From the NCBI GenBank assembly GCA_951406725.2, contig OX597817.1, positions 19,468,001-19,532,000 on the forward strand: 64,000 bases of DNA, read 5' to 3'. The position numbers and the translations under genes are program-made. Below, one piece after another: positions 40,561 through 53,784 of this stretch (positions are counted from its first letter, which is position 1; each line of letters starts with the position of its first letter). The stretch is from Octopus vulgaris (taxonomy: Eukaryota). Under the pieces are notes generated by a model. The model was not told the origin of the DNA. It was given only the letters and a program-made list of their open reading frames with translations, and did no database searches.

Positions 40561-40888
40561 TTGTATTTATACTTCTATTCGTTTACACAAATATAAATAA
40601 GTACTCACACACACACACACGCACACGCACACGCACACACAAGCACTTACACACATACACAAATACACACACATTTTCTTTGATAGAATTTCAAATCTTA
40701 TATTAAGGAAAGTAATTGGAGGAGTGTGTTCGATTAGAGGATATACAGCACGCAATAGGATATGTTTAAAACTAAAATGTACGCAGGCCTATCGATAAAT
40801 ACGTTTGCACGAAAGGTTTTTAATATTTATCTTCAGTTTGCGACAGAATATTCATATTGAACATATTTTTCTCCTTTCTTTCATATAT

Positions 40889-40921
<33 letters not shown>

Positions 40922-41023
40922 ATATTACTACTACTATTACTACTACTACTGCTGCTGCTGCTGCTACTACTGCTGCTGCTGCTGCTGCCACTACTACTAC
41001 TACTACTACTACTACTGTTGCTA

Positions 41024-41055
<32 letters not shown>

Positions 41056-41069
41056 ACTATTACTACTAT

Positions 41070-41112
<43 letters not shown>

Positions 41113-41125
41113 GCTACTGTTACTG

Positions 41126-41160
<35 letters not shown>

Positions 41161-41167
41161 GTTGCTA

Positions 41168-41199
<32 letters not shown>

Positions 41200-41213
41200 A
41201 CTACTACTACTAT

Positions 41214-41248
<35 letters not shown>

Positions 41249-41316
41249 TACTACTACTACTACTACTACTGCTACTGCTACTGCTACTACTACTACTACT
41301 ACTACTACTGCTGCTA

Positions 41317-41348
<32 letters not shown>

Positions 41349-41462
41349 ACTATTACTACTATTACTACTACTACTACTACTACTATACTACTACTACTAC
41401 TACTACTGCTACTGCTACTGTTACTGCTACTACTACTACTACTACTACTACTACTGTTGCTA

Positions 41463-41500
<38 letters not shown>

Positions 41501-41584
41501 ACTACTACTACTACTACTACTGCTGCTGCTACTACTACTACTGCTGCTGCTGCTACTACTACTTCTACTGCTGCTGCTGCTGCA

Positions 41585-41616
<32 letters not shown>

Positions 41617-41638
41617 AACTACTACTACTACTACTACT
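40889..41638. repeat. long (CTA)n/(CTG)n compound microsatellite
   Basis: Directly visible. It produces the spurious poly-L/Y/T ORF. Confidence 0.95.
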
Positions 41639-42034
41639 TTAAATATTATTTGTCAATAATCTCGGATTGATCTGTGATTTGTGGGTGAATAGGTGTACAG
41701 GGTAACTGCCTTGAAAGCCGTCGATGAGTGGCGTATTTTTTTTTCATTTTTGCAATTCGAAACATCATAACTTTCTTAAATGCTGTGTTACACAGAATCT
41801 GTGAATTCCAGTTCAGATTTCTTTGTAGAATGATCACCAAATTTTACCTTAATTCCAAAGCAGATTATTCAGTAGATTGAATAGAAGGAGAAAATCCTTC
41901 TTGTTGATTGACGAAAAGCAACCCCTACCTTCACTATTATCATCAATATAGAAATGAGGTAATACGAATCCAATGTTTACTAGTCAAAATATTTCCCATT
42001 GCTGCTGCTGGTGCTACTACTACTACTACTACAG

Positions 42035-42074
<40 letters not shown>

Positions 42075-42749
42075 ATCATCTTCTTCTTCTTCTTCTTCTT
42101 CTCATTATGCTGCTGCTGCTTTTATTTAGGTGACGAACAGACAGAATCGTTAGCGCATCGATCAAACAGTGCAATTATAACGACGTTTGGAGTTCTAATT
42201 TCAAGTTATGCAGTTTTTGTCTATCTTTCTTATCCTATCGGTTCGATAAAATAAGTACCAATGTAATCGGCTTACCCTTTTCCCTAAATTTTCTGATCTT
42301 GTGCCATATTTGGAAAGAATAATTATTGTTGTTACTGAAGATGTTGCTGTCCTTCGTCTTGCTGTTGCTGATTGCTATAGCTGAACATTTTTTTTGGAGC
42401 TTCATAATTTTGTGTTTTGTTTTCCTTTCAAAAAGGCATCATTTACTAAACTTAGCAGAGAGTCATTTCTCTTTCGTTCGTCGACCCACAGGAAATCCTT
42501 TGGAAAATATAAATTAACAAAACAAATTCCTATTGTATGCACTGGCCAAATAACCACTGCTGCGGAAACTAGGGAATTCGTGAGGCATCTTTGTCTTCTG
42601 CTTAGGAAGTGTGTAATTTACGCTTTTTGTTCGCCAAACCAGCCCATTATCTGGATTATATACTTTATGGTTGTACGGAGAATATTGGGGAGATTTATTA
42701 CTCTGAAATTTGACTTCCATTTGCCGTTTTTTCCCTCACAACATATGAT

Positions 42750-43950
42750 GCAATCTCGGTGTTTTTATTTGACAAATTCCTTTTTCTTGCTAACATAAGA
42801 TGTAATCTCGCTGTTGATATTGGACGAATTCCTTCCTATGTTTTTACTTTGATCCTTTTGCGTTTGAAACTAAAGTACTTACTATTTTGTTTGCTATTTT
42901 TCAAAATCATTACTTCAGAAAAGTTCAACTTTAGCTAATACCTATTTTCTTTCCTTCATATCTCTTATAGTGTTTCTCTGTTTCTTCTGTGAAGCCCTTA
43001 TTCCGCCTGAAGAAGTCGTTTCTTGTTTCAAACCTCTCAAATTTTTCGTGCACTTGCTTGCATTATTTTGTATAAGCGTTTCTTTTGATGATGATATAAT
43101 AGTCATCTTTCCGATGATGTGTTTTTACTTTAGTTCTTTCTCCATACGTCAGATATTTGTCTTTTTAATTTCACCAAGTCTCCAGATAATATTTTAATCG
43201 CTTTCCTGATTTAATCTTTCTGTTTTGGCTGTTTCAGTTTTCTTTGGTATTTCGCTTGAATGTTTCACCCATTGTCTCCGTAGTTACTGATGCTGTAGCA
43301 TATAAAAGTTGATTGATATCAGTTATATCCAGGTCTCTTCTCTCTGGATTTGTGATTGTGGGTTTGGCTAGATTAGAAAATTTGATAGATACCTTGGTTT
43401 TCGCTTGGTTCTTAATTTTAGGCAATAGAAGGTGCTAGTTTGTCATTTTAGCTAATGTTTACTGTCATATGTTAGGTCTCCTTCCAATACTCAGTATCTT
43501 ATCTATGTTTAAACACTTGGATTGTAGATGTTTCTATAGACATTTGGACTATATCATTTCTTTTTCTTCACTCAATGTTTTGATCGATAAAATCGTTTCC
43601 ATTTTGACTGCTGGTAATATCCTTTTATCTTCACTCATGGTGTTGGTAGGACATGTTAGTCATGTTTTGTGTGGTGGTACAAAGTTCCTCTGTAATTGCG
43701 CTCAATTTGCTAAGTCTGATGTTTTCTTTTATGTTACCACGTTCAGTTTCAGTGATTCTGAAATTTGTTTACTGCCTTCTTCGTACTTTCCAGCGTATCT
43801 GCTGTTACCCCTTTACGCGCTATATTTCTTTCACCAGGTACTTTGGGCCTGATATCTTGAGCGGATTTGTCTTTGTTTTTATTGTAGTAATAATGATAAA
43901 TCCTTCATTGCTGTCTTTCGGATATTAATTTTTGAGTTTGCGATAGTGTA
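42750..43950 (-). pseudogene. decayed R4/Dong-like LINE N-terminal region
   Basis: DITDINQLLYATASVTTETMG in a Lys-rich broken frame, similar to the pre-RT region of R4-clade ORFs as I recall it. Confidence 0.45.
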
Positions 43951-44721
43951 TGAATGTCTCTGTGATGGGTGATTAAAGATATACTACTTTAGCTGTTCTT
44001 CGAATACGCTTTATTTAGTTTATACTTTCAGCGATAGATTAGTTAAACACATGACGTAAGTCTTCCTCGCAAGCTCGATGTCTAATTCAATGCAATGATC
44101 TAATTGTGCATTTCTCTAGCTGTAACTTGCCGCCGCGGTTTATGTATTTGTTTGCGCTACCTTAATATTAACCAGCCAAGTTCTCACCGTTCGTACACAG
44201 AAGCTATTTGCCATAAGTGAGATATTGGTTGAAAAAAGATCTCGAGCCTATCTGTACACTGACGAGATTGCACATTGATACTTAAAGCGTTCCATGTTAA
44301 TGATTCGATGTCCATGTGCATTTTCAGATTGTCTAACCATTCAATTCCGCATTGTAGTTTTAATTTCTATGATCTCATTGATCTTTCTAATAATAATCTC
44401 CTTGCCCTCTATGTTCCCAGGCACTTAGAGAGCTGTGGTATTCTATCGTATGCTTTCTTGCATTCTATCCACCTAACAGCTAAGTTGTACTTTGTTAACC
44501 ATACCTCTCTTCGTATCATGTTATACAACAGGTCAGCATTTCTTTCTGTGTCGCTTTTGTTCTTCTGGTAATAGAAGTTACTTCTTCAGCAATCTATAAA
44601 TTACTTCTGCTTTGAGGACAGTTACGAAATTCTCGAGTATTGGTAAGTATGTAATTGTGTAGTCTTTCATTTTCTTATTCATGATAATGTTCCAATTTCT
44701 ATACATTCAATAAGAAACATC

Positions 44722-44926
44722 TCTTTTACTATTTTACTTGTTTCAGTCATTTGACTGCGGCCATGCTGGAGCACCGCCTCTAGTCGAGCAAATCGACCCC
44801 GGGACTTATTCTTTGTAAGCCCAGTACTTATTCTATCGGTTTCTTTTGCCGAACCGCTAAGTGACGGGAACGTAAACACACCAGCATCGCTTGTCAAGCA
44901 ATGCTATGGGGACAAACACAGACACA

Positions 44927-44966
<40 letters not shown>

Positions 44967-44969
44967 AAC

Positions 44970-45002
<33 letters not shown>

Positions 45003-45097
45003 ATTCAGTTTCCGTCTACAAAATTCACTCACAAGGCTTTGGCCAGCCCGAGGCTATAGCAGAAGACACTTGCCCAAGATGGCACGCAGTGGGACTG
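44722..45097 (-). mobile_element. SINE family A, 5'-truncated
   Basis: Same body as 7240-7638. Confidence 0.85.
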
Positions 45098-45419
45098 TAT
45101 ATAAAAGTGCATAATTAGGTGGGGTTTTTTTAAGTTAGAATACCTATACACCATGCAGTAGAGTTACCTTCCCATTTGATATTTTATTTGATTATTATCA
45201 GATTAGTTAGTAGATTAGTTAGCACGCCGGGGAAAATGATTAGTTTTATTTCCTCCGTCTTTATAATTTCAAATTCCGCTCAGGTCGACTTTGCCTTTCA
45301 TACTTTAGGGGTCGATGAAATAAGTACCTCATGCCCCCACCACCAGATTTCAGGCCTTGTGCCTATTGTAGAAAGGATTATTATTACTATTGTTTCTTTT
45401 TATCAAAGGTTTTGTTGGA

Positions 45420-45692
45420 GCTCCTTCCTGTAGTCTTACATGTGTAGCGGGCTTGCTACCTTCAGCTTACGGTAACATACTATTCGTTCTTTTCAGCTTT
45501 CTAATACTTTCCTGATTATTCTAGCCGTGCCAAGGAGACAAAACTTTTGCAACAGTTCTACTGGGCATTCTATTCCAATTTTCTTTATATTACTCTTGAT
45601 GCCTTCTGATACTGTTTCCAAGGATCCAACAATAATTGGCAATATCTTGACCTCCTGCATTTTCCATAGCTGGGTTAATTTGTACTTAAGAG
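45420..45692 (-). mobile_element. R4/Dong LINE 3' end
   Basis: LWKMQEVKILPIIVGSLETV...ELLQKFCLLGTARIIRKVLES-stop. Confidence 0.75.
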
Positions 45693-45697
45693 AGTTG

Positions 45698-45788
<91 letters not shown>

Positions 45789-45815
45789 GTATTCATGTAT
45801 ATATGTATCTATCTT

Positions 45816-45847
<32 letters not shown>

Positions 45848-45908
45848 CCTATATATCTATCTACCTACCTACCTACCTACCTACCTACCTACCTACCTAC
45901 CTACCTAC

Positions 45909-45952
<44 letters not shown>

Positions 45953-47258
45953 TCACCTTCATTCTAGATTATTCGTGGGCCAAAGGGTTTGCAACATCAA
46001 CTATATAGCATATGTGGTTCACCTTGTTCACCACCACTAGGTCCGGTCTCTTATGCTCTAGCACCTGATCTGTTTGGATTGAGACTCCGCCACTCTCTGT
46101 GGTTTTCACTCATACCTTGCCTTGCTTTCTCTCTAGCCTCCACTTTTTGCATAGTTTCCAATGTTGTACTTTCGCTACCTGATCGTGTCACCACAACTTC
46201 TTGTTTTGCGCAAGTCTAAAGCATCCGTTTGTGATATGAGTGTAGTAATATTGCTATTCTCACCATTTGAGAAAAACATTAGGAATGAGATTACAACCAT
46301 CTTTGGCTAGTTTAACCCCTTTATGTCCACTGATATGATTGGTTAGTACCTAGCGCGGTCTATTTCTCTACTTATTTCGCGCCAGTGTGTAAACTGACCA
46401 ATCACTGCTTTCGGATAGGATCTTTCAATTGAGCCATCTTCACTCCATAAATAAGCTAATATTTCCACGATTCATCGTCTTTCGGCTCAAGACCTTCTAA
46501 GGTCTTGTCGGAGACCACACAGAGCTTACTCAGCCATGTTCCAGTTCGAACGACAGAAGACAGCCGGCCAACCATCCTATGAAGACGCTATTGTATAGCA
46601 GCGACAGACAGAACGTCATTACCTACGTCGTCTACATCTCCGAAGATTTCAATTTGTACACAAGACAAATACACAAATTCAACTCACGCTGTTTGTGTGA
46701 AACTATCACCACGGAAAAACAGTTGCAGTATTATCTGAAAGAACATTTATATCAAGAGAAACCTGCACAACAAGTGACTCAACTTGTCTCCGCTTCGAGA
46801 CCCAAATCTTGTAACAGAACTTATTATCGTGTACCACATGAACTGGTAAACTAACTCTATAATAACTCAATACGCTGAGACTTCTCTTATGCTCTGTATT
46901 TCTGTTGTATTCGCATGCATCTTTATCTGTACCTTCTGTCGCACACACGAACACACAGACACAAATGCTAGACGCATGCATTCATACCACAACACTATGC
47001 TAATAATCGCAATTCACTTTGTATGCTGTGAATAAAGTCTATCTTCTCTCTATAAAAGTAGAACGTCTTGGCGTCCTTTATTCATTTCCTTGGGCACTGT
47101 ATAATATATCCATGTATTTTGGCTTTCTCTTATTTTTTTGTTAGGGATACGGCCGTGCGGCGTACTAAAGGAGACCTATGTCATCAACCTCCTAACGTAC
47201 GGTCGTATAAATTCCTACATGAGCAATGGTTTCACTCATTCCATTGCAGATGCCACAC

Positions 47259-47372
<114 letters not shown>

Positions 47373-47384
47373 GTTATTATTATT

Positions 47385-47526
47385 GAGCAGAATATTTGCT
47401 GTAACCCATCTTTTATACCAAGACAAAACAATGTACATAATAACATTTCCAATCAGATAAGATCAGAAGCCATGAGAGCCACTGTCTGGTACTGCATCAG
47501 GGCATTTTAGGTATCATCATCATCAA

Positions 47527-47590
<64 letters not shown>

Positions 47591-48157
47591 GATTGAGAGA
47601 CCAGTGCATGCTATCAAAATGACACTGGCCTAGCATACCAATCATGATACGAAGCCTAGCATACCAACCATGACTACCTGTCTGATAAGGGTACACTAGG
47701 CACATGCATCACAACCATTTGTGCGTGACATGGTGATCTCATATCAAGATAAACAGCACATGACCTTGCAGGTGGGGCCCAGTAAGAATTTTCTTCTGCT
47801 CGAGTAATCCAAAAGTCCCTGAATAAGAGTTGTTTAAGGATTTTGAATGAAACACCCATGTTTCCAGAGGTGAATTATTCAAACTCCAAATAATTCTTCT
47901 GAACACATGGCTATGATGCTCCCCCACTACTTCTGCTCGTGATCAGAGATACACATATCGCCAGCCACTAAGAGACATGCTCAACTGGTTAAGGTCAAAC
48001 AACTGATAAGCAAATCTGTGGTATTGAGTAGAATATTTGCTGTAACCCATGTTTTATACCAAGGCATAACAACGTACATAACACTTCCAATGAGTTAAGA
48101 TGAGAAACCATGAGAGCCACTATCTGGTACTGCATCAGGGCATTTTAGGTATTATTA

Positions 48158-48208
<51 letters not shown>

Positions 48209-49082
48209 GAGTGAGAGAGCAGTTCATGCCATCAAAGTGACACTGGGGTAAGATATACGAAGCCCAATATACCCATCATGACTACCCGTCTGATATGGGT
48301 ACACCAGGCACATGCATCACAGCCATAGGTGCATGGCATGATAATCTTATATCACGATAAACTGCGCATGACATTGCAGGTGGGATCCGGTTAGAATTTT
48401 CTTCAGGTCGAGTAGCCCATCCCACTCAAATGATCCCTGAATAAGGGTTGTTTAAGGATGTTGAAAGAACCACCCATGTTTCCAAAGAATCCCTCTCAAC
48501 ACATGGCTATGATGCTCCCCCACTACTTCTGCTCGTGATCAGAGATGCACATATCGTCAGCCACTAAGGGGCATGCTCAACTGGTTATGGTCAAACAACT
48601 GACAAGCAAATCTGTGGTATTGAGCAGAATATTTGCTGTAGCCCATCTTTTATACCAAGACAAAACAATGTACATGATAACACTCCCAATGAGTTAAGAT
48701 CAGAAGCCATGAGAGCCACTGCCTGGTACTGCATCAGGGCATCAAACGGTCCCCGAATAAGGGTTGTTTAAGGATGTTGAAAGAACCACCCATGTTTCCA
48801 GGGGTGAATAATTCAAACCCCAAGGAATCCCTCTCAACGCATGGCTATGATGCTCCACCACTACTTCTGCTCGTGACCAGAGATGCACATATCGTCAGCT
48901 ACTAAGGGGCATGCTCAACTGGTTAAGGTCAAACAACTGACAAGCAAATCTGTGGTATTGAGCAGAATATTTGCTGTAGCCCATCTTTTATACCAAGACA
49001 TAACAATGTACATGATAACACTTCCAATGTGTTAAGATCAGAAACCATGAGAGCCACTGCCTGGTGCTGCATCAGGGCATTA
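47385..49082. repeat. clustered copies of an about 540-bp non-coding element embedded in (TAA)n
   Basis: Copies at about 47385-47507 (partial), 47593-48143, 48208-48742 and 48745-49082 (partial). All end in GCATCAGGGCAT(T). Confidence 0.85.
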
Positions 49083-49199
49083 GTATTATTATTATTTTTA
49101 TTATTATTATTAATATTATTATCATTATTATCATTATTATTATAATTATCATTGTTATTATTATTATTATTGTTATTATTATTATTGCTGCTGCTGCTG

Positions 49200-49257
<58 letters not shown>

Positions 49258-49299
49258 CACTACTACTACTACTATTATTATTATTTTTATCATCATCGC

Positions 49300-49345
<46 letters not shown>

Positions 49346-49369
49346 TTATTTTTAAAATTATTTTTATTA

Positions 49370-49600
49370 TATGTTTTACTTTTTCTTTGTATTTGTGCAA
49401 CTTTGTATTTGTACGTCTCACCAAGAGACATCAAGAGACAACAAGTTAGAAGTTCATGTTTGAGTTATGACTGGGATGTCATATACTTGGTCTTGTACAT
49501 AGTATTGCTCTAGAGAATGTTTAAGAAAACATTTTTAAAAATATGTTTGGTTTAAAATTTGAGATTACATACAATGTATTTTACGTAGGATATGGGCATA
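49370..49600 (-). mobile_element. R4/Dong LINE 3' end and UTR (same family as 55610-55860)
   Basis: AHILRKI at the ORF end, and a UTR homologous to 55610-55830. Confidence 0.7.
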
Positions 49601-49677
49601 TCAACATCATCATCATCATCATCATCATCATCATTATAAAAATTATTATCATCATCATCATCATTATCATCATCATC

Positions 49678-52040
49678 TTCGTTGCCTTTGCACAGCTTCT
49701 AACACTGGAGATGTACTACGGTGTCAGCTGTTTAATACCAGTGAACTTAGGTAATACCTCTTATTTTTCGAGCACCTTCCGGAGTATACTTTACTTTCTT
49801 CCTCATCGCATACCTTGTTATCAGCTGGGAAAGCCATGTCTATGATTCAGCATACTTTGTTTTCTTTCTCAATTAACTATATCTGGCTTCCTATTCTGTA
49901 TGTCATGGTCTCACTGAATCATAAAATCCCACAGGATCTTTGCATTTCTATTTTCGGCGATTCCTTCAGGTTTGTGGTCAAGTCCATACTTGTTGCAAAG
50001 TGTCCAATGGACAAGCCTGGCTATATTGTCATTGCGTCTCTTATATTCCTTCTGGTCTAGTGGCGTACATTGGCTGGTTATATGCCATATGGTTTCAACA
50101 TTTTGTCCACAGATTCTGCTCTTATCACTTGCTGCTGTGCTGTCTATTCTGTATTTTATGTACTTTGTGGTTAGTGCTTGCTTTTGGGCAGCGCAGATTA
50201 GAACCTCCATTTCTGGATTTAAATCACTTTTAGTCATCCACAACCATCTTTTTTCTCTATCTGTCTTAACGTCGTCATCCCTATGAAACTGACTATGCAT
50301 TATTTTCTTTCTTCACCTATTCTCAGTTTCATTCGTTTTCAATTTCCTGTATAGTGCTTTATCTTTGCAATCTTTCAGCCTACACAAGCCGGACCTTCAT
50401 ACTTCTAATAATAGCGGTTCTGCGGCATTTTTTACATACCATGCAATGTTTTCTTCTGCTCTAATGCTATGTTCACATCCAATACGTCCTCTTTCCGCCT
50501 CTTTTTCTTGGTACATACAGTCTATCTGTGTCACGTTTTGAGTGGAATGACCCATATCCTGTTAGTTACTTCCTTGTCTTTCTGTCTAAGGTGTTTAATT
50601 TGTCTACTGTCCATGCGATTACCCCTGTTCCATATCTAAGTAGTGAAGCCGCCCAGGTGTTGAAAGCTTCGATATTATTCCGTCCGTTTGATTTCGACTT
50701 AAGTATCAGTACTCCACCTTAAATTTTCTGTCATTTGTTTCTCCATCAATTTATCCATTTCCAAAACCCCAATTACTTATAGCCCGTCTCTTCTATCTGC
50801 TTCATAACCTCCCCAGACCGTATCGTTATCCCGCCCATACATTTGATTTTGCCTCTCTTCAAGACTACCACACCACACTTTCTCAGTCCGAACTCCATTA
50901 TGATATCAGCACTGAAGGTATACACCGTATCTACGAGGGAACTGACTTGGGCATCATCTTTACCGTAAGGTTTGAGATCATCCATAAGTAACAAATGGTT
51001 GACTTTTTGTTGGCGGCTTTTGAATGTATACCCAGCTTTTGCTTTCTTCGCAATCAGAGTTAGTGTGTATGAAGCACACTACAGAGATCAGCGGGGACAG
51101 GTAGTCCCCTTGGAAGATGCCCCTCCTAATTTTTACTGTCTCTAAACTTCTTCGGTGTGTTGTCATGTCCGTCCTCCAATTCGCCATACTTTTTCCAAGC
51201 ACTCGCTCAGCATTGGATGCAATACCAAATAGGTTCAAACACTCCATAAGCCAAGAGTATGGAATCATATCGTACGCCTTACGATACTCGATCAATGACA
51301 TGCCTATGATACTTTTCCTCTTCTTGCAGTCTCTAAGTACAGTTTTCTTCAGCTGATGTGGCAGGACTACATTTTTCCCAGGTGTTCGCATATTGACTCA
51401 GCGTGTATTCCACTCAATAATTTCTACATAAGGGGCAAACAGGTATCGACCTGTAATTGTGTACCGTATTGTCTTTTTCGATATTTTTCAGGCACAGCAC
51501 TGTCCTACTTAATGTCAACTACTCTGTTGTAACTTGGTCGGCATTTAACAAGGGTTTAGTTGTGCGCAGCTATTCGTGCATGACATTCACTAAATCTTTT
51601 GATCTGGTAGCCTTGAACACCGAGACCTTCCAGTTGTTCTCTTTTTGTCTGATGTCCTTCACTTCCCCAACTGAAATGATAGTTCTGCCTGTTTTGGACA
51701 GACCACTGTTTGTTTCAGTTCTTGCAACGATTCAGCATCCTTCTTGTTCTATTAGTCTTTGCTCCAGATGTCACTCTAAAATCTTTGTTTTTCAATGTTA
51801 TCTGGTATCAACTTTTCATCTGTACACTCTCCATTTGTTTCTTTATAGAATTTCTTCTGATCTATTCTGAATAACCTATTCTGGTGGTATCCCTTCATTC
51901 TTTGGTCATATCTTATCATCATTGCTTTCTTTGCAACGTAGCGCTATTTCAGTTCCTCCATTACTAATTTCAGGCCCGTTCTTTCAATATTGTACTTGCT
52001 TTTTGTTCGCTTTTAAGCTCTCTTTCTCTTTTCGGTCTAT
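49678..52040 (-). pseudogene. R4/Dong-clade LINE, 5'-truncated, internally deleted and frameshifted
   Basis: RT motifs YRKAYDMIP, RGIFQGDYLSPL and MDDLK. Also LICAAQKQAL, a degenerate CCHC (SRICGQNVETIWHITSQC), KILWDF and ILRKVLEK-stop. The 5' end abuts (TAA)n. Confidence 0.85.
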
Positions 52041-52065
52041 ATTATTATTATTATTATTATTACTC

Positions 52066-52120
<55 letters not shown>

Positions 52121-52182
52121 TCTTATTATTATTATTACTATTATTATTATTATTACTCTTATTATTATTATTATTATTACTC

Positions 52183-52222
<40 letters not shown>

Positions 52223-52224
52223 AC

Positions 52225-52261
<37 letters not shown>

Positions 52262-52263
52262 TC

Positions 52264-52297
<34 letters not shown>

Positions 52298-52408
52298 TCT
52301 TATTATTATTATTACTATTATTATTATTATTACTCTTATTATTATTATTATTATTATTACTCTTATTATTATTATTATTATTATTATTACTCTTATTATT
52401 ATTATTAG

Positions 52409-52461
<53 letters not shown>

Positions 52462-52577
52462 TCTTATTATTATTATTATTATTATTAATATTATTATTAT
52501 TATTATTATTATTACTCTTATTATTATTATTACTATTATTATTATTATTACTCTTATTATTATTATTATTATTACTC

Positions 52578-52611
<34 letters not shown>

Positions 52612-52613
52612 AC

Positions 52614-52650
<37 letters not shown>

Positions 52651-52652
52651 TC

Positions 52653-52683
<31 letters not shown>

Positions 52684-52848
52684 TCTTATTATTATTATTA
52701 CTATTATTATTATTATTACTCTTATTATTATTATTATTATTATTACTCTTATTATTATTATTATTATTATTACTCTTATTATTATTATTAGTTTATTATT
52801 ATTATTATTATTATCATTAATAATAGTGATAGTAATAATAATAATAAT

Positions 52849-52899
<51 letters not shown>

Positions 52900-52900
52900 T
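52040..52900. repeat. interrupted (TTA)n array with about 385-bp higher-order duplication, switching to (TAA)n
   Basis: The rare interruptions ACAC (about 52221, 52610) and AGTTT (about 52407, 52790) recur at similar spacing. Confidence 0.85.
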
Positions 52901-53363
52901 AGGCGCAGGAAAGGCTTTGTGGTAAGTATTAAGCGCAGAAGTGGCTTTGAAGTAAGTAGCTTGCTTACCAACCACACGGTCCGGGTTCAGTCCCACTGCG
53001 TGGCACTTTGGGCAAGGGTCTTCTGCTATAGCCTCGGGCCGACCAAAGCCTTGTGAGTGGATTTGGTAGACGGAAACTGAAAGAAGCCCGTCGTCTATAT
53101 GTATATATATGTATGTGTGTGTATATGTTTGTGTGTGTATATGTTTGTGTGTCAGGGTTTGTCCCCCCAACATCGCTTGACAACCGATGCTGGTGTATTT
53201 ATGTCCCCGTAACTTAGCGGTTCGGCAAAAGAGACCGATATAATAAGTACTAGGCTTACAAAGAATAAATCCTGGAGTCGATTTGATTCGAATAAATGCG
53301 GTGCTCCAGCATGGCCACAATCAAGTGAGTGAAACAAGTAAAAGAGAGTAAAGAGTAAAGAGT
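52901..53363 (+). mobile_element. SINE family A with duplicated 5' A-box segment
   Basis: AGGCGCAGGAAAGGCTTTGTGGTAAGTA then AAGCGCAGAAGTGGCTTTGAAGTAAGTAGC, followed by the family A body. Confidence 0.85.
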
Positions 53364-53749
53364 AATAATAATATAGTTTTCATTAGCATCTTCTTTCAAT
53401 TCAGTCCCCATTCCTTTTTAAGTGTCTTCCTGAGAACAAGGCCACAGAAATGCACTGTATACATTGGTAGGCCATTAAAACAAGCACAGCAGATTGTTCA
53501 TTTACAGAGTCATGAAAAAGAGAAAAAGGGGATGACAGAGAGAAAAAAGGAGAAAATAAAAAATAGAAGAGTAAACAAATATAATATGGTGGGAAAGGAA
53601 AGAAAATTCGCATCGACACTGCTCTTCTCAATACGTGTGACGTATTAGTTTAGACTATCCTAATAATAAATGCCATGCATCAGGGCATTTACTATTGTTT
53701 ACATTGCTTTTGACACAACTTTCATACCTTAGTGTTTTACTTATTATTA

Positions 53750-53781
<32 letters not shown>

Positions 53782-53784
<3 letters not shown>

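Noticed and set aside
40805-41659. 284-aa ORF and other poly-L/I/Y/T/HT/YI ORFs (e.g. 1789-2248, 51922-52977)
   Set aside because: These are translations of stop-free microsatellite frames with no protein-like complexity.
46200-47220. Possible solo LTR (AATAAA, ends near ...CCTACA)
   Set aside because: No defined TG start, TSD, PBS or second copy was visible.
48385-48570. CTGAAGA and CTGACGA boxes on the minus strand of the 540-bp repeat
   Set aside because: No properly placed stem II, GAAA and UH triplet follows either box.
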